A DNA stretch of 64,000 nt from Bacillota bacterium (GCA_023451395.1 JAEXZL010000042.1:1238-65237), one strand, 5' to 3'; shown: positions 1 to 10,112, counted from the stretch's first letter. Notes: generated by a model not told the origin, from the sequence alone. Program-made: numbers and translations.

Positions 1-1261
1 TTTACCTGTGGAAGCTGGCTATAGAGGAATTGAAGAGGGTATTGAAATAGCAAAGATGCTGGAAAAGAAAGGTGTACATGCTCTACATATCGATGCAGGC
101 TGCCACGATAACTGGTATATGGCAATGCCTCCTATTTATCAGCAGGAAATGGTGCCTCAAATGATTTCTTCAAGAAAAATTAAAGAGGTTACCTCATTAC
201 CTATAATATCCAATGGACACTTAGGTGATGTAGGCAAGGCAGAAACAGCCATTAATAATAACTGGATTGATATAGCAGGGGTTGGTAGAGAATTCTTAGC
301 TGATCCAGATTTTCCTAACAAGGTAGTAGAAAATAAAACCAATGAGATTCGTAATTGTATTTATTGTAATGAAGGATGTATTGCAAGAGTTTGCGAAGGA
401 AAAAGCATTAATTGTGCGGTTAACCCCACTACTGGATATGAAGGAATTAAAGAAAACAAACCCACAGATAATCCTAAAAGAGTACTTGTAATAGGCGCAG
501 GTCCAGGAGGTTGCCAAGCAGCTATTGCAGCTAAACAAGCAGGACACGATGTGGAAATTTGGGAAAAGAATGAGTATTTAGGCGGAAATTTCTATAATGC
601 CTGCATGCCTCCCTTTAAGAGAGATGGTGAAAAAGTCCTCCATTATTACCGCACCATGATAGAAACCTTAAATGTTAGAGTTAAGTATTGCATGGAAGCA
701 ACAGAAGAAGGAATACTTAATTATAATGCTGACAAAGTTATTTATGCAGCTGGAGCTACTCCTATTAAACCTGGAAGGATACAAGGTATAAATAATAGCA
801 ATGTGACAACGGCAGTAGATGTTTTACAGAACAAGGCATTATTAGGAGAAGAAATTGCAATAATTGGCGGTGGACTTGTTGGCTGTGAAACTGCAATTAT
901 GTTGGCAAATAGAGGCAAAAAAGTTACAATAGTAGAAATGGCCTCAAAAATATTACCAGAGCAAATATTTATTCAGAATTTAATGATGTTAAATGGAATG
1001 CTGAAGCACCCAAATATTACAGCAAAGGCATCCTGTAAGCTAGTTAGTATTAATGATAGTTTTATAAGTGTAGAGCTAAATGGTAATAATAAAGATATAA
1101 AATGTGACAATGTTGTATTGGCAATGGGCTTTGCTCCCAATGATAGTATGTATAACTCCCTAAAGGATAAAATAGATATTGTAAATGTTGGAGATAGCAT
1201 AAGAGCAAGAAAGGTATTAAATGCAGTACATGAAGCCTATGATGCAGTGTTAAATATATAA
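1..1261 (+). CDS. NADH:flavin oxidoreductase (Old Yellow Enzyme / 2,4-dienoyl-CoA reductase / BaiCD-BaiH-like), 5'-truncated by the window edge
   Basis: End of TIM barrel (GREFLADPDF), 4Fe-4S motif CIYCNEGC-x11-C, two Rossmann motifs (GAGPGG, GGGLVG); frame is open to the left edge. Confidence 0.88.
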   Translation, partial: LPVEAGYRGIEEGIEIAKMLEKKGVHALHIDAGCHDNWYMAMPPIYQQEMVPQMISSRKIKEVTSLPIISNGHLGDVGKAETAINNNWIDIAGVGREFLADPDFPNKVVENKTNEIRNCIYCNEGCIARVCEGKSINCAVNPTTGYEGIKENKPTDNPKRVLVIGAGPGGCQAAIAAKQAGHDVEIWEKNEYLGGNFYNACMPPFKRDGEKVLHYYRTMIETLNVRVKYCMEATEEGILNYNADKVIYAAGATPIKPGRIQGINNSNVTTAVDVLQNKALLGEEIAIIGGGLVGCETAIMLANRGKKVTIVEMASKILPEQIFIQNLMMLNGMLKHPNITAKASCKLVSINDSFISVELNGNNKDIKCDNVVLAMGFAPNDSMYNSLKDKIDIVNVGDSIRARKVLNAVHEAYDAVLNI

Positions 1262-1275
1262 AGGCTTTTTTCAAC

Positions 1276-1308
1276 TCCCTCAAACTACGGTTTGGGGGAA
1301 TTTTTATT
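1276..1308 (+). terminator. Intrinsic terminator
   Basis: TCCCTCAAAC-TACG-GTTTGGGGGA hairpin followed by a T-rich tract. Confidence 0.75.
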
Positions 1309-1716
1309 TATGAGTAAACTTTATCTGGAAAAGAGTGCTTGTGTTTAGTATAGAGTTTCATAGAGTATATGGTATAATATGGATATCAGTCTGGTGTAAA
1401 ATATTAAAAGTTACTTTTTTTGATACTGCTGTGTTAATTACTTATTATGATGATTGGAGAAATATTAAATGAAAGAAAAAAAGCTGACGAAAGAGAAGAA
1501 AAAAAGCTAAGAATAGTAACTTTGAACTATGCCTATTCTGATGAAGGGATGTGATAAAATCTTTGTGAATGGAGAGGATGATTTTTTACATCAAATAATT
1601 TAAGGTATATACCCATAATATAGACAATTAAATGTTAAATACTTTGAAGGTGATACTGGAAGATGTAATAAAATATCGAAAACTATTGTATGAACCAAAT
1701 AATAGGAGGTATGTTA

Positions 1717-2208
1717 ATGAATAAGAGAATATATCTAGAAAAGTTTACACCTGAAGACTTTGAAAAATATTATCAACTTGTTAGTGATGAAAGAGTTATG
1801 GCTATGATTACAAAAAGAGTTCTTCCCATAGATGAGGCAGTGGAAAAATACAATTTAATTTTGAAAAACAATGAATTAAAAGAGTCCTTTGGTAATTTTA
1901 AAGTGATAGAAGCTTCAACTAATAATTTTGTAGGTTATGGAATGCTTAGAATTAAAGAGAAGAACTCTACAGAAGCAGAATTAGGATATATGTTATTACC
2001 TAACTACTGGGGCAAAGGTATAGGAAATGAAATTGCTAGACTATTAATAGAAAAAGCTAATGCAGAAAAGCTAGTGGATAAAATTATTGCAACTATAGAC
2101 CCTGATAATGCTGCTTCTAGGAAGATATTAACTAATAATGGATTTTTCACTGTTGGGCTATGTGAAACATATGGCTTACCTGGAGAACTATTTAATTTAA
2201 ACATTTAG
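1717..2208 (+). CDS. GNAT N-acetyltransferase (RimJ/RimL-like)
   Basis: AELGYMLLPNYWGKGIG acetyl-CoA motif, NAASRKIL..NGF; AGGAGG 7 nt before ATG 1717. Confidence 0.85.
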   Translation: MNKRIYLEKFTPEDFEKYYQLVSDERVMAMITKRVLPIDEAVEKYNLILKNNELKESFGNFKVIEASTNNFVGYGMLRIKEKNSTEAELGYMLLPNYWGKGIGNEIARLLIEKANAEKLVDKIIATIDPDNAASRKILTNNGFFTVGLCETYGLPGELFNLNI

Positions 2209-2252
2209 AGAATCTGTAATTTATTAGGTAAAATCACGGGGGATTAAATGCT

Positions 2253-2303
2253 GCTGACAGGAGTGTGACATTCAAAATAAAAGTCCACCAAACTCTTGTC
2301 AGC
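2253..2303. terminator. Hairpin between convergent genes, probable terminator
   Basis: GCTGACAGGAGT...ACTCTTGTCAGC inverted repeat. Confidence 0.55.
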
Positions 2304-2325
2304 TAATTATTTTTAATCCCTAATA

Positions 2326-3510
2326 TTAATTATTGGATTTTAACCACATCATAGCAGCATAGGCGTGTATTGCTGCACCGGTTGGTAAGATATCTTCGTT
2401 AAAAATAACCTGTGGATGATGCATTGGAAGTCCATAATGAGAATCCTCTTCCTTTGAACCTGCCCCCAGAAGAAAATAAACACTAGGTACTTTATAACCA
2501 TAGGAAGCGAAATCTTCAGAGCCCATACCACCTCCTTCAAAAGAAAAGACAGATTTTTCACCCACTAATTCTTTTACATATGATGCTAAATTATTAGCTA
2601 GTTCTCTATTGTTTGTTAATGGTGGAACTGATGCAATGACCTCTATTTTAGCTTCTCCTCTAAACAATTTGGCTGTATTAACCACTATATCTTCTAGCCT
2701 CTTGTATATAAAGTCACCTAATTCAACGGATAAGTATCGAATAGTTCCTTCTAAGATAGCTTCATCAGGAATTACATTATGGGTATTTCCAGCTTGAAAT
2801 TTCCCTACAGTAATTACAGCGGATTTTGTTGCGGCAATCTCCCTTGCTATAATTTCCTGCATAGAGGAATAGATGTGAGTTGCAATATTTATAGGATCAA
2901 CACCTGTTTCCGGCATGGCTCCGTGACACCCAACTCCCTTGATGGTTATCCTAAATATTGTACAACCTGCTATGGAGGTTCCAAGGCCATACATAATAGT
3001 ATTAGTTGGGGTACCAGAATGAACATGTAATGCCATGGCTGCATCCACCTTTGGGTTTTCTAAAACTCCTGACTTAAGCATTAATTTTGCTCCTCTAAAA
3101 CCTTCTTCATTTGGCTGGAAAACGAGCTTTACCCTTCCTTCAAGCTCACTCTCATACTGCTTCAATAATTTAGCAGCTCCTAATAGCATTGTTGTATGAA
3201 GATCATGTCCACAGGCGTGCATATTGCCATTTGTTGATTTAAAAGAACAGTCTGTTTGTTCTTTAATTGGAAGGGCATCCATATCAGCTCTTAAGAGAAA
3301 TGTTTTTTCTGAGTTGGGCTTGCCGGCTAAAGCTATAATCCCACTATCACATATTTCTTTTGGCTCATATCCAAATTCCTTTAACCTATCCATAACATAT
3401 TTTGTGGTGTGAGGAAGGTGATCACCTACTTCTGGATTTTGGTGAATTTCTCTTCTGTACTTTTTTAACTCATCATTCATAGCTCTTGCATTTTCTAAAA
3501 AGTGATTCAT
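2326..3510 (-). CDS. M20D family amidohydrolase (hippurate hydrolase / aminoacylase-like)
   Basis: LRADMDALP, HACGHD, FQPNEEG, GSEDF, MHHP motifs; AGGAGG RBS. Confidence 0.9.
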   Translation of the reverse strand: MNHFLENARAMNDELKKYRREIHQNPEVGDHLPHTTKYVMDRLKEFGYEPKEICDSGIIALAGKPNSEKTFLLRADMDALPIKEQTDCSFKSTNGNMHACGHDLHTTMLLGAAKLLKQYESELEGRVKLVFQPNEEGFRGAKLMLKSGVLENPKVDAAMALHVHSGTPTNTIMYGLGTSIAGCTIFRITIKGVGCHGAMPETGVDPINIATHIYSSMQEIIAREIAATKSAVITVGKFQAGNTHNVIPDEAILEGTIRYLSVELGDFIYKRLEDIVVNTAKLFRGEAKIEVIASVPPLTNNRELANNLASYVKELVGEKSVFSFEGGGMGSEDFASYGYKVPSVYFLLGAGSKEEDSHYGLPMHHPQVIFNEDILPTGAAIHAYAAMMWLKSNN

Positions 3511-3748
3511 ATGTACCTCCTTAATAACCCATTATGTTAAGTTGTTTTATATTTTGTTTATTGTAGATTTTTTATGTAAGTTGTATAGCTAGAACCTTAA
3601 AAACATTTTTTTGCATTAATTATAGAATCTAAGTTTCATAATTCTAACATGATTTTTGAAAGGTAGCATTTATACGCCTAAGGATTAAAGCAATTTAATA
3701 GACATAGAAACTCATGGTATACTAGAGAGAGAAGATGTTTTAGGGGGA

Positions 3749-4768
3749 ATGTTTATGCCACTGGAAATAATCCGTAATGATATAACTAAAGTTCATGCTA
3801 ATGCAATAGTAAATGCTGCAAATTCATCTCTATTAGGTGGTGGTGGAGTTGATGGAGCAATCCACCGTGCCGCTGGGCCTAAGCTCCTTGAAGAGTGCAG
3901 GGGGCTTGGAGGCTGTAAAGTTGGACAAGCTAAAATAACAAAAGGCTATAATCTGCCTGCAAAATATGTAATACACACTGTAGGACCAGTTTGGCAGGGT
4001 GGTAATAATAACGAGGAAAGCCTACTGATTGATTGTTACAAAAACTCCCTTGCCCTAGCAAAAGACTATAAGTTAGAGAGTGTAGCCTTTCCACTTATAT
4101 CAGCAGGTGCCTATGGCTATCCCAGGGATAAGGCACTAAAAACAGCAATTTCAGTTATAGGAGATTTTCTTTTAAAAAATGAAATGACTGTTTTTCTTGT
4201 TGTCTATGATAAGATGTCCTTTATCCTCTCTGAGAAGCTATTTTCCTCTATTAAAGAATACATTGATGATAGGTACATAGAAGAGAGTCCAATCCTTCGT
4301 AGAAATAGACTTGAAGAATCTAATCAGCTTAGAGAATGCTATACAGAGACTCCTAAGCTCTCATCAGAGAAAGTATATTCTCCTATAAAAAAACATAAAA
4401 GGAGCCTTGAAGATGTTATAAACCAAATGGACGAAACCTTTACTGAGATGCTGCTGCGTTTAATTGATGAAAAAGCTATGACATATGTAGAAACCTATAA
4501 AAAAGCAAATATAGACAAAAAGCTTTTTTCTAAAATACACAATGATATAAATTATAAACCCAGCAAGCCTACGGCTATTGCTTTTGCCATTGCACTAAAG
4601 TTAAGTCTCGATGAAACAAAGGATTTGCTCCTTAAGGCTGGCTTTGCTCTTTCTCATAGCAGTAAATTTGATATCATTATAGAATATTACATAGAGGAAG
4701 GCAACTATAATATCTTTGAGATAAATGAGGGATTATTTGCCTTTGATCAGAAGCTCTTAGGTGTATAG
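3749..4768 (+). CDS. Macro domain protein (YmdB/MacroD-like ADP-ribose hydrolase) with a C-terminal putative XRE-like HTH domain
   Basis: [48 protein letters not shown]; helical C-terminal ~110 aa; start may be ATG 3755. Confidence 0.88.
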   Translation: MFMPLEIIRNDITKVHANAIVNAANSSLLGGGGVDGAIHRAAGPKLLEECRGLGGCKVGQAKITKGYNLPAKYVIHTVGPVWQGGNNNEESLLIDCYKNSLALAKDYKLESVAFPLISAGAYGYPRDKALKTAISVIGDFLLKNEMTVFLVVYDKMSFILSEKLFSSIKEYIDDRYIEESPILRRNRLEESNQLRECYTETPKLSSEKVYSPIKKHKRSLEDVINQMDETFTEMLLRLIDEKAMTYVETYKKANIDKKLFSKIHNDINYKPSKPTAIAFAIALKLSLDETKDLLLKAGFALSHSSKFDIIIEYYIEEGNYNIFEINEGLFAFDQKLLGV

Positions 4769-4790
4769 ACTAAGGTTATTATCATACTCC

Positions 4791-4819
4791 TTGTCGCTTA
4801 TAAGGCGACCTATTTTAAT
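4791..4819 (+). promoter_or_regulatory. Candidate sigmaA promoter overlapped by the palindrome GTCGC-N7-GCGAC
   Basis: TTGTCG (4791) -17 nt- TTTAAT (4814); GTCGCTTATAAGGCGAC at 4793-4809. Confidence 0.55.
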
Positions 4820-4869
4820 ATAATAGATGCTATCCTTAAATCATAATAAATGATTTGGAGGATGATATC

Positions 4870-5523
4870 ATGAAGAAGAATTTAACTGAATAAGTATTTA
4901 TTCTTGACAGAAGCGGTTCAATGAGCGGACTTGAAAGTGACACTATCGGTGGATATAATGCCATGTTGGAGAAACAGAAAAAAGAACCTGGTGAAGCTAT
5001 AATAACTACTGTATTATTTGATGACAGATATGAATTGCTCCATGATCGCATTAATCTTAAAGGCATAGCACCTATAACTGACAAGGAATATTATGTGAGA
5101 GGATGTACTGCTTTGTTGGATGCAGTGGGAAGAACCATAAATAAAATAGGAAATGTGCAAAAACATACTGGTGAGGAAGAGAGAGCAGAGCATGTGATGT
5201 TTGTCATAACCACCGATGGCATGGAAAATGCAAGCAGAGAGTTTAGCTATGAAAAAGTTAGACATATGATTGAGCATCAAAAGAGCAAGTATGGATGGGA
5301 ATTTATTTTTCTTGGGGCAAACATTGATGCAATTGCTGCTGCAGAGCGCTTTGGAATCAGTGCAGACAGAGCAACAAATTACAATGCGGATAGCGAGGGT
5401 ACTCTGCTTAACTATGAAGTTATCAGTGAAACTGTAAGCAGTGTACGAGCCAATCGTAAAATATCAGAAAGCTGGAAGGAACGGATCGACGAGGACTTCA
5501 AAAAGCGTGGGGGAAGGAGATAA
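4870..5523 (+). pseudogene. vWA domain protein interrupted by an in-frame TAA at codon 8
   Basis: GGAGG RBS, ATG 4870 MKKNLTE*VFILDRSGSMSG; the MIDAS DxSxS lies upstream of the listed ORF start 4921; TALLDAVG and ITTDGMEN motifs downstream. Confidence 0.8.
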
Positions 5524-5525
5524 AT

Positions 5526-6302
5526 ATGATAGGTGCTATTATAGGAGATATCATAGGCTCAGTCTATGAATGGAACAATATAAAGACTAAAGATTTTCCA
5601 TTATTTACTTCGGAATGCTTTTTTACAGATGATACGGTGATGACTATTGCAGTAGCAGAAGGACTTATGAAGGGTGCATGTACAGATGATTTTGTTTTAG
5701 CAATGAAAAAATATGCACTATTATACCCAAAAGCAGATTATGGAGGGAATTTTCATAGCTGGCTCTTTTCTGAGGATACTAAACCTTATAATAGCTGGGG
5801 AAATGGTTCAGCTATGAGAGTTTCTCCAGTAGCTTGGATTTTTGATACTCTCCCTGAAGTAGAAAAATATGCTGAAATTAGCGCTGCTGTAACGCACAAT
5901 CATCCTGAAGGCATTAAAGGGGCACAAGCAACTGCTGCGTCGATTTTTCTTGCAAGAAAAGGAAAAACAAAAGCTGAGATAAAGACTTATATTGAAGGTA
6001 AATATGGTTATGATTTGAGCAGAACACTTGATGAAATACGACCAAATTATGAGTTTAATGAGAGCTGTCAGGAAACGGTGCCAGAAGCAATAACTGCCTT
6101 TCTTGAAAGTGTGGACTTTGAGGATGCAATTAGAAATGCAATTTCCCTTGGAGGTGATAGCGATACTCTAGCTGCAATAACCGGAAGCATTGCTGAGGGT
6201 GCTTATATTGTTCCAGAAAAAATAAAATCAAAAGCGCTGTCTTTCCTGGATGAGACTTTACTTAAGACTTATATGCAATTTTGTGATAGGCTATTGGATT
6301 AA
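5526..6302 (+). CDS. ADP-ribosylglycohydrolase (DraG/ARH family)
   Basis: GAIIGDIIG, FTDDTVMT, GNGSAMRVSP, THNHPEG, GGDSDT. Confidence 0.92.
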   Translation: MIGAIIGDIIGSVYEWNNIKTKDFPLFTSECFFTDDTVMTIAVAEGLMKGACTDDFVLAMKKYALLYPKADYGGNFHSWLFSEDTKPYNSWGNGSAMRVSPVAWIFDTLPEVEKYAEISAAVTHNHPEGIKGAQATAASIFLARKGKTKAEIKTYIEGKYGYDLSRTLDEIRPNYEFNESCQETVPEAITAFLESVDFEDAIRNAISLGGDSDTLAAITGSIAEGAYIVPEKIKSKALSFLDETLLKTYMQFCDRLLD

Positions 6303-6351
6303 ATAATATAATAATATTCTTTATTTAATAAATAAATTAAGATAGTATTAA

Positions 6352-6380
6352 TTGACAATAGATTCACTTTATACTAGAAT
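6352..6380 (+). promoter_or_regulatory. SigmaA promoter of the GntR gene
   Basis: TTGACA-17-TAGAAT. Confidence 0.65.
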
Positions 6381-6500
6381 AGCTAATTGTAAAATGAATT
6401 TAAATTGTAAAAATCTTTAGTAATACAGAGAATTATAAGTTGAGTTCATTATTTAAACTTTTGTCTTATAACTATAAAAATGGTGTAGTAGGAGTATTAT

Positions 6501-7175
6501 ATGAATTTATATGAACAGAGTAAATATAATAATGGAGAGATTTCCTCAATCCAGTATCACTCTTTAAGTGAAAATACAGCTGCTATTTTACGTCAAGGTA
6601 TCATAACCGGTAATTTATTACCAGGATCACGATTGGTAGAGCAGGATCTATCAGAAAAAATGGGAGTTAGCCGTAACGTAATACGTGAAGCTATATACAT
6701 TTTGCTTGCAGAGAAGCTACTTGTAAAGGAAAGAAATAAATATACAAGGGTGATAGAATTTACTTCAAAGGATGTTGAGGATATATTTGATTTTAGAATT
6801 GCACTGGAGCAAGCTTCTGCAAAACGTTCTATACATGATAAATCCCTTTATGAAGGATTGGTTATTCGCTCAAAAAATATAATTAAAATATCAGAAGAGA
6901 AGGACAGCTCTCCATCACAATTAATGTATGGGGATATGGACTTTCATGATTATATTGTAAAAAGTGCAAATAATGAACGTATTGTAACAGCATGGCAGGG
7001 ATGTCTCTATCCAATGATGATGCTTTTGTATCAATATATAAATAAGGGCTATGAGTTAGCCTACGGACATTCTGAAATATTAGAGGCTGTTAAAAGTGAA
7101 GATATTACTGCTTTTTGTAATGAAATTGAAAAACATATCAATGGAACAAAGAATGCAGTGATGAAACTATATTAA
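6501..7175 (+). CDS. GntR family regulator (FadR/FCD type)
   Basis: PGSRLVEQDLSEKMGVSRNVIREA wHTH; DMDFHDYI FCD motif. Confidence 0.9.
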   Translation: MNLYEQSKYNNGEISSIQYHSLSENTAAILRQGIITGNLLPGSRLVEQDLSEKMGVSRNVIREAIYILLAEKLLVKERNKYTRVIEFTSKDVEDIFDFRIALEQASAKRSIHDKSLYEGLVIRSKNIIKISEEKDSSPSQLMYGDMDFHDYIVKSANNERIVTAWQGCLYPMMMLLYQYINKGYELAYGHSEILEAVKSEDITAFCNEIEKHINGTKNAVMKLY

Positions 7176-7228
7176 TTTTATATATACATAATTTAAAATT
7201 ATTAATTTTAATATAAAGCATAATTAAT

Positions 7229-7269
7229 AAAAATTACTATGGAAGTTCTTCTTCCATAGTAATTTTTTT
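7229..7269 (+). terminator. Intrinsic terminator
   Basis: 17-bp inverted repeat AAAAATTACTATGGAAG/CTTCCATAGTAATTTTT ending in a T tract. Confidence 0.8.
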
Positions 7270-7320
7270 GCATCATTTGATTTATTACAACCTAGAGTTA
7301 TTATAATTTTATTTGTAAGC

Positions 7321-7379
7321 TTGACTGAATAATTTTGAGGTGCTAAAATTTAATTGTAGATTGTATACAATATACAATT
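7321..7379 (+). promoter_or_regulatory. SigmaA promoter followed by a 28-bp palindromic operator (GntR/FadR-type TTGTATACAA core)
   Basis: TTGACT-17-TAAAAT with TG extension; AATTGTAGATTGTATACAATATACAATT at 7352-7379 has one mispair. Confidence 0.75.
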
Positions 7380-7410
7380 ATGAATAATTTGAAGGGGTGA
7401 ATGAATAATT

Positions 7411-8727
7411 ATGGGTTATGCTAAGGTTAAAACAACAATACCAGGTCCAAAAACAAAAGAGCTTTTAAAACAGTGGCATGAAAATGAAGCAGATAAACTT
7501 GGGTATCAGGCTCAGGTAGCCATAGATCATGGAAGGGGAGCTATGCTCTATGATGTAGATGATAACGTTTTTATTGATTGGAGCAGTGGCGTCCTAGTTA
7601 CTAATGTAGGTCATTGTCATCCTAAACTTGTTGAGGCTGTACAGGAAGCAAGCGAGCATGTTCTCAATGTATATGAATGGTGTACCCCCTATAGAGCAAA
7701 TGCTGCAAGAGACCTTGTTAATGCAGCACCTTCACATCTTGATAAGTGTTTCTTTATGTCCTCTGGAAGTGAGGTTACTGATTGCTCTGCTAGAATAATG
7801 AAGAGGTATACACATAATTATGAAATTATTTCTTTTTATGGGGGATTTCATGGACGAACTCTATCTACAGCAAGCTTAGGAGGACTAAGCAAGTCAAAGT
7901 ATGGTATGGGTCCAATGCTTCCTGGTTCTATCCGTGTGCCTTATCCTTATTGTTATAGATGTCCATTCAAATCAAATCCTGAAAAGTGCGGGCTTTTATG
8001 CCTTGAATTCATGAATGATATCATAAGGGCAAATAGTACAGGCAGTCTTGCAGGATTGATTATAGAGCCTTATCAAGGATCAGCAGGTTTTATTTTCCCT
8101 CCAGAAGGATTTTTACCAGCAGTAGAATCATGGTGTCGTGAAAAGAATATTCCTTTTACACTTGATGAGGTACAGTCATCTTACGGACGTACTGGGAAGA
8201 TGTGGGCACTGGAACATGAAGCTCTAACACCGGATATTGTGACTGTAGGCAAGGGAATTGGAAGCGGTGTTACAGTTGCAGCTTTACTTATGCGTGATGA
8301 GATGATTAAAGATAGTATGCACAAGGGAGATATGGGCAGTACTTATGGCGGAAATCCTATTAGCTGTGCAGCGGTATCAGCAGTTCTCAAGATAATGAAG
8401 GATGAGAAATTACCGGAACGTGCAGCAAGACTTGGTAAAATAATAAGCAGCAGACTTAGTAAGATACAGGAAAAATGTAAATATATAGGAGATGTACGTG
8501 GCCGAGGAATGGTATGGGGTGTTGAGCTTGTGGAAGATAGGGAAACAAAGGAACCAGCACCAGAAAAGGTAAATAAGCTTATTGATCTAGCAGCTGAAAA
8601 GGGACTGCTCATAGGTTCTGTGGGAATGTTCGGAAATGTAGTTCGTGTGGCTCCACCATTAGTTATTACAGAAGAACAGCTTGATGAAAGCCTTGAAATC
8701 TTCGAACAATGCACAAAGCAACTATAG
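7411..8727 (+). CDS. Class III PLP aminotransferase (4-aminobutyrate aminotransferase-like)
   Basis: GHCHP, SGSE, FHGRT, IIEP, DEVQSSYGRTG, TVGKGIGSG (PLP Lys), STYGGNP. Confidence 0.9.
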   Translation: MGYAKVKTTIPGPKTKELLKQWHENEADKLGYQAQVAIDHGRGAMLYDVDDNVFIDWSSGVLVTNVGHCHPKLVEAVQEASEHVLNVYEWCTPYRANAARDLVNAAPSHLDKCFFMSSGSEVTDCSARIMKRYTHNYEIISFYGGFHGRTLSTASLGGLSKSKYGMGPMLPGSIRVPYPYCYRCPFKSNPEKCGLLCLEFMNDIIRANSTGSLAGLIIEPYQGSAGFIFPPEGFLPAVESWCREKNIPFTLDEVQSSYGRTGKMWALEHEALTPDIVTVGKGIGSGVTVAALLMRDEMIKDSMHKGDMGSTYGGNPISCAAVSAVLKIMKDEKLPERAARLGKIISSRLSKIQEKCKYIGDVRGRGMVWGVELVEDRETKEPAPEKVNKLIDLAAEKGLLIGSVGMFGNVVRVAPPLVITEEQLDESLEIFEQCTKQL

Positions 8728-8752
8728 TAATAGAAATTAATAATAATAGGGG

Positions 8753-9997
8753 GTGAACATCATTATTAATGAGAATGATTTGAAAAAGTATTTGATATCC
8801 CAAAAGGAATGGGTTACTGAATTCCTAAATGGTCTTCTTGCAATAAAATCAGAAAGTGGAGACGAGGAAAATGCTATGGCGTATATTTCTGCAGAACTAG
8901 AGTCAGTAGGAATAGATGTTAAGAGCTGTCCTATTTCCGAGGATATTAAGAAAAGCAGTAATTATTCCTATCCAGTGGAGAATATTGAGTATAAAAACCG
9001 AAGAAATCTTGCTATTAGATATGACTCAAAGATGACAGGTAAAACAATAGCACTGAATACCCATGTAGATGTAGTACCTCCATCACCAGGGCAAAAGAAT
9101 CCATATGTACCCTTTGTTGATAATAATGGTTATATACATGCTAGAGGTGCCTGTGATGCTAAGGGCCAGATAGCTGTACTTATACTGCTTATAAAAGCAG
9201 CTCAGAGTTTAAAAAACCTAAAGCATAATATAGTTGGTCATATTGTAGTTGAAGAGGAGTTTGGCGGCAACGGCACACTTGGTTTATTAGATTATGAAAA
9301 AGTTTTTACTGCAGATGCACTTATTAATCTAGAACCTACAGACCTTCGCTTAATGACGATGATACGGGGAGCAGTATGGTTTGATATGGTGTTTATGGGC
9401 AAATCAGGACATGCAGGAAGCTCAGAAAATACTCAGAGTGCCACTGATAAGGCCATAGCAGCAGTGGGTTTACTTAAACAATATCATAAAGAATTATTAA
9501 GTAAGTCAAGGGACTATGGTTTGTTTATGGGCATGAATAACCCCATGCCTCTTACTATAGGCGAATTTAATGCTGGTTCTTGGCCTGCAATGGTACCTGG
9601 GGAGGCACATATTGCTGGGGTGCTAGGTTTTTTACCAAACACCAATAAAAATACTGTAATGGAAGAAATTAGAGAGTTGTTCAATAGGAAAGAAAATCTG
9701 TGGATTAGTGAAGGAATGACAATGGAGTTTACCTATAAGCACAATGCTGTAGAACTTCCTATAGAGCACTGGTTTTCAAAGAACATGTCAGAGGCATGTA
9801 GAAAATCGGGGATTAATGGTGTCCCTACAGCAATGACAGCTTCCTCTGATGCAATTTTTTATCAAGAGCTTGGTATTCCTTCCTTAGCCTTTGGACCTGG
9901 AAAGATCAGTGATGCACATTCCTGTCATGAAATAATATCAATAGATGACATACTAAAAGCAACGGAGGTAATTTATACTTTTATGATGAAAATATAG
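8753..9997 (+). CDS. M20 metallopeptidase, ArgE/DapE-type deacylase
   Basis: NTHVDVV, RGACDAKG, VEEEFGGNG, LEPT, AHSCHE metal-binding motifs. Confidence 0.85.
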   Translation: MNIIINENDLKKYLISQKEWVTEFLNGLLAIKSESGDEENAMAYISAELESVGIDVKSCPISEDIKKSSNYSYPVENIEYKNRRNLAIRYDSKMTGKTIALNTHVDVVPPSPGQKNPYVPFVDNNGYIHARGACDAKGQIAVLILLIKAAQSLKNLKHNIVGHIVVEEEFGGNGTLGLLDYEKVFTADALINLEPTDLRLMTMIRGAVWFDMVFMGKSGHAGSSENTQSATDKAIAAVGLLKQYHKELLSKSRDYGLFMGMNNPMPLTIGEFNAGSWPAMVPGEAHIAGVLGFLPNTNKNTVMEEIRELFNRKENLWISEGMTMEFTYKHNAVELPIEHWFSKNMSEACRKSGINGVPTAMTASSDAIFYQELGIPSLAFGPGKISDAHSCHEIISIDDILKATEVIYTFMMKI

Positions 9998-10097
9998 GCT
10001 GTAAGATAAAATATATCAGATTTATTTTTAAAAAGTGAAAGTGTTTGCTCTTGAATATAATTGAAGAAGTTTATAGTATTACTATATTTATTTTTAA

Positions 10098-10112
10098 AAT
10101 ATGCTGAAAATT
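10098..10112 (+). promoter_or_regulatory. Candidate CodY box
   Basis: AATATGCTGAAAATT, 2 mismatches to AATTTTCWGAAAATT, upstream of the PTS regulator. Confidence 0.35.

Noticed and set aside
1469..1510. Short Lys-rich ORF MKEKKLTKEKKKS after a GGAGA, with a GAAAAAAAGCT-like repeat
   Set aside because: Too short and low-complexity; no attenuator structure follows
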